The notes below the pieces were generated by a model. It worked only from the letters and a program-made list of their open reading frames with translations, did not search any database and was not told the DNA's origin. Source: an uncultured Mageeibacillus sp. (GTDB lineage Bacteria; Bacillota; Clostridia; Saccharofermentanales; DTU023). From it: a stretch of 54,886 bases of DNA. The position numbers and the translations under genes are program-made. Every line of letters begins with the position of its first letter. The stretch's first letter is position 1. The stretch spans positions 1-54,886 of the forward strand of contig CAZKLG010000004.1 in assembly GCA_964553675.1 (NCBI GenBank). The letters are read 5' to 3'. Below, in pieces: positions 53,959 to 54,886 of this stretch.

Positions 53959-54834
53959 CTATCCTTCTTTTTCCAGGCCATCGCCCTTGAGAACCCGGGA
54001 AATCCGTGCCTCCAGTATCGGCCCATCCTCTGGCAAGCTTCCTTTGACTTTGACCAGATTGGTCGGATGGGTGCTGTCAAAGCGGGTGGGAGAAGAAGGT
54101 GTCAAGGCCCCAAGCAGGATCAGAAGCTCCTCCAGGCACTCCTGTCTTCCCGCCTGCACAAAATGCCCCGACCGGACCCAGGCCATGAGAGGTGTCCCAG
54201 GCATAAGCTGAAGATTCATGGTGATGATCCGACGGGCAATAAACTGATTGAGCATATGAGCGGTGGCTCGGGCACTTTTAAGCCCCTCTCCTGTCCCGCC
54301 CAGGCCGCAGAGGACGATGGCGTCGAAGGAAAGGGATGCCTGATTGAGGCGCCTGGCTACTTCCAGAGCCTCCTCCAAAGTATGATTCTTTCTCATGCCT
54401 CGGAGTATATCGTCTCTTCCCGTTTCAAAGCCTATATAGAGGAGACGAAGGCCCCTGTCATGGAGCCGGGCTAATTCATCAGTTCTATAATGCATAAGGG
54501 AAGCGATGGAGGCATAGGCCGCCACCTGACCGCAAGAAGGCGAATAGAGACGGATCAGATCCAGGCGGGTCATCATGGCCCTGTAACCGATGACCAGGGG
54601 ATCGCCAGCTGTCAAAAAGATCTTCTCCGTGTAAGGCTTCAGATGAATCAATTCCCTTTTGAAGTCAGAAAGTGCCAGCTGACTATAGACCTGGTCCTTG
54701 TACATGCCACAAAAAGCACACTGGTTGTGGGCACAGCCGCTGGTGACCGGCAAAAAGGCCGAGTGAACCTCATCCTGGGGGAAATAAACACGAGCGTCCT
54801 GATACATGGTATGTCTATTATAAAGGCAGGACAT
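53959..54834 (-). CDS. Radical SAM protein with non-canonical CX4CX2C cluster motif; start uncertain
   Basis: VTSGCAHNQCAFCGMY, checked against the DNA, plus a TIM-barrel-like remainder (LLYIGFETG...). Neither ATG 54834 nor ATG 54807 has a Shine-Dalgarno. A perfect TATAAT (54822-54817) lies 9 nt upstream of ATG 54807. The frame stays open to the window end. Confidence 0.75.
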   Translation of the reverse strand: MSCLYNRHTMYQDARVYFPQDEVHSAFLPVTSGCAHNQCAFCGMYKDQVYSQLALSDFKRELIHLKPYTEKIFLTAGDPLVIGYRAMMTRLDLIRLYSPSCGQVAAYASIASLMHYRTDELARLHDRGLRLLYIGFETGRDDILRGMRKNHTLEEALEVARRLNQASLSFDAIVLCGLGGTGEGLKSARATAHMLNQFIARRIITMNLQLMPGTPLMAWVRSGHFVQAGRQECLEELLILLGALTPSSPTRFDSTHPTNLVKVKGSLPEDGPILEARISRVLKGDGLEKEG

Positions 54835-54840
54835 GGAAGG

Positions 54841-54883
54841 AAAAGGAAAAGATCCGCTCTCCAGGAACGGATCTTTTCCTTTT
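54841..54883. terminator. 16-bp-stem hairpin at the window edge
   Basis: AAAAGGAAAAGATCCG-11 nt-CGGATCTTTTCCTTTT. The arms are U-rich in both orientations. It ends 6 nt upstream of ATG 54834. Confidence 0.55.
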
Positions 54884-54886
54884 GGC

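Overview
GC-rich chromosomal segment, coded almost entirely on the minus strand. Gene content and order suggest a Firmicutes/Clostridia-like bacterium (inference from radC-mreC-mreD-pbp2, comEC-holA, radA-ispD, secA, alaS, oppBCDFA, a membrane pyrophosphatase and a LysM protein). I can support about 45 protein genes, 3 tRNAs (Lys-CTT, Thr-CGT, Ala-CGC), several sigma-A-type promoters and intrinsic terminators. I see no CRISPR array, transposase, integrase or prophage block. Most of the window is ordinary housekeeping DNA.

The regions I would look at again are:
1. A translationally coupled three-gene TadE/TadG-like pseudopilin module (10733-13380). It has no pilus machinery in cis, and its last protein carries an extra C-terminal domain.
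2. A 425-bp low-GC insert next to tRNA-Thr, bracketed by a perfect 20-bp direct repeat. It carries an orphan Phd/YefM-type antitoxin and an 11-codon stump of its toxin.
3. Four proteins that keep a known enzyme fold but have visibly lost catalytic residues:
   - a YhaN/SbcC-like membrane coiled-coil protein without a Walker A lysine;
   - an MgsA-like protein lacking all catalytic His/Asp, coupled to a glyoxalase-II-like MBL hydrolase;
   - a PP2C-like-TM-LysM protein;
   - the upstream member of a tandem pair of long Prs-like proteins.
4. A radical-SAM gene with CX4CX2C cluster spacing and an odd start region.

I cannot show that any of these is a new system. Every functional call rests on motif recognition by eye and needs HMM or structure searches.
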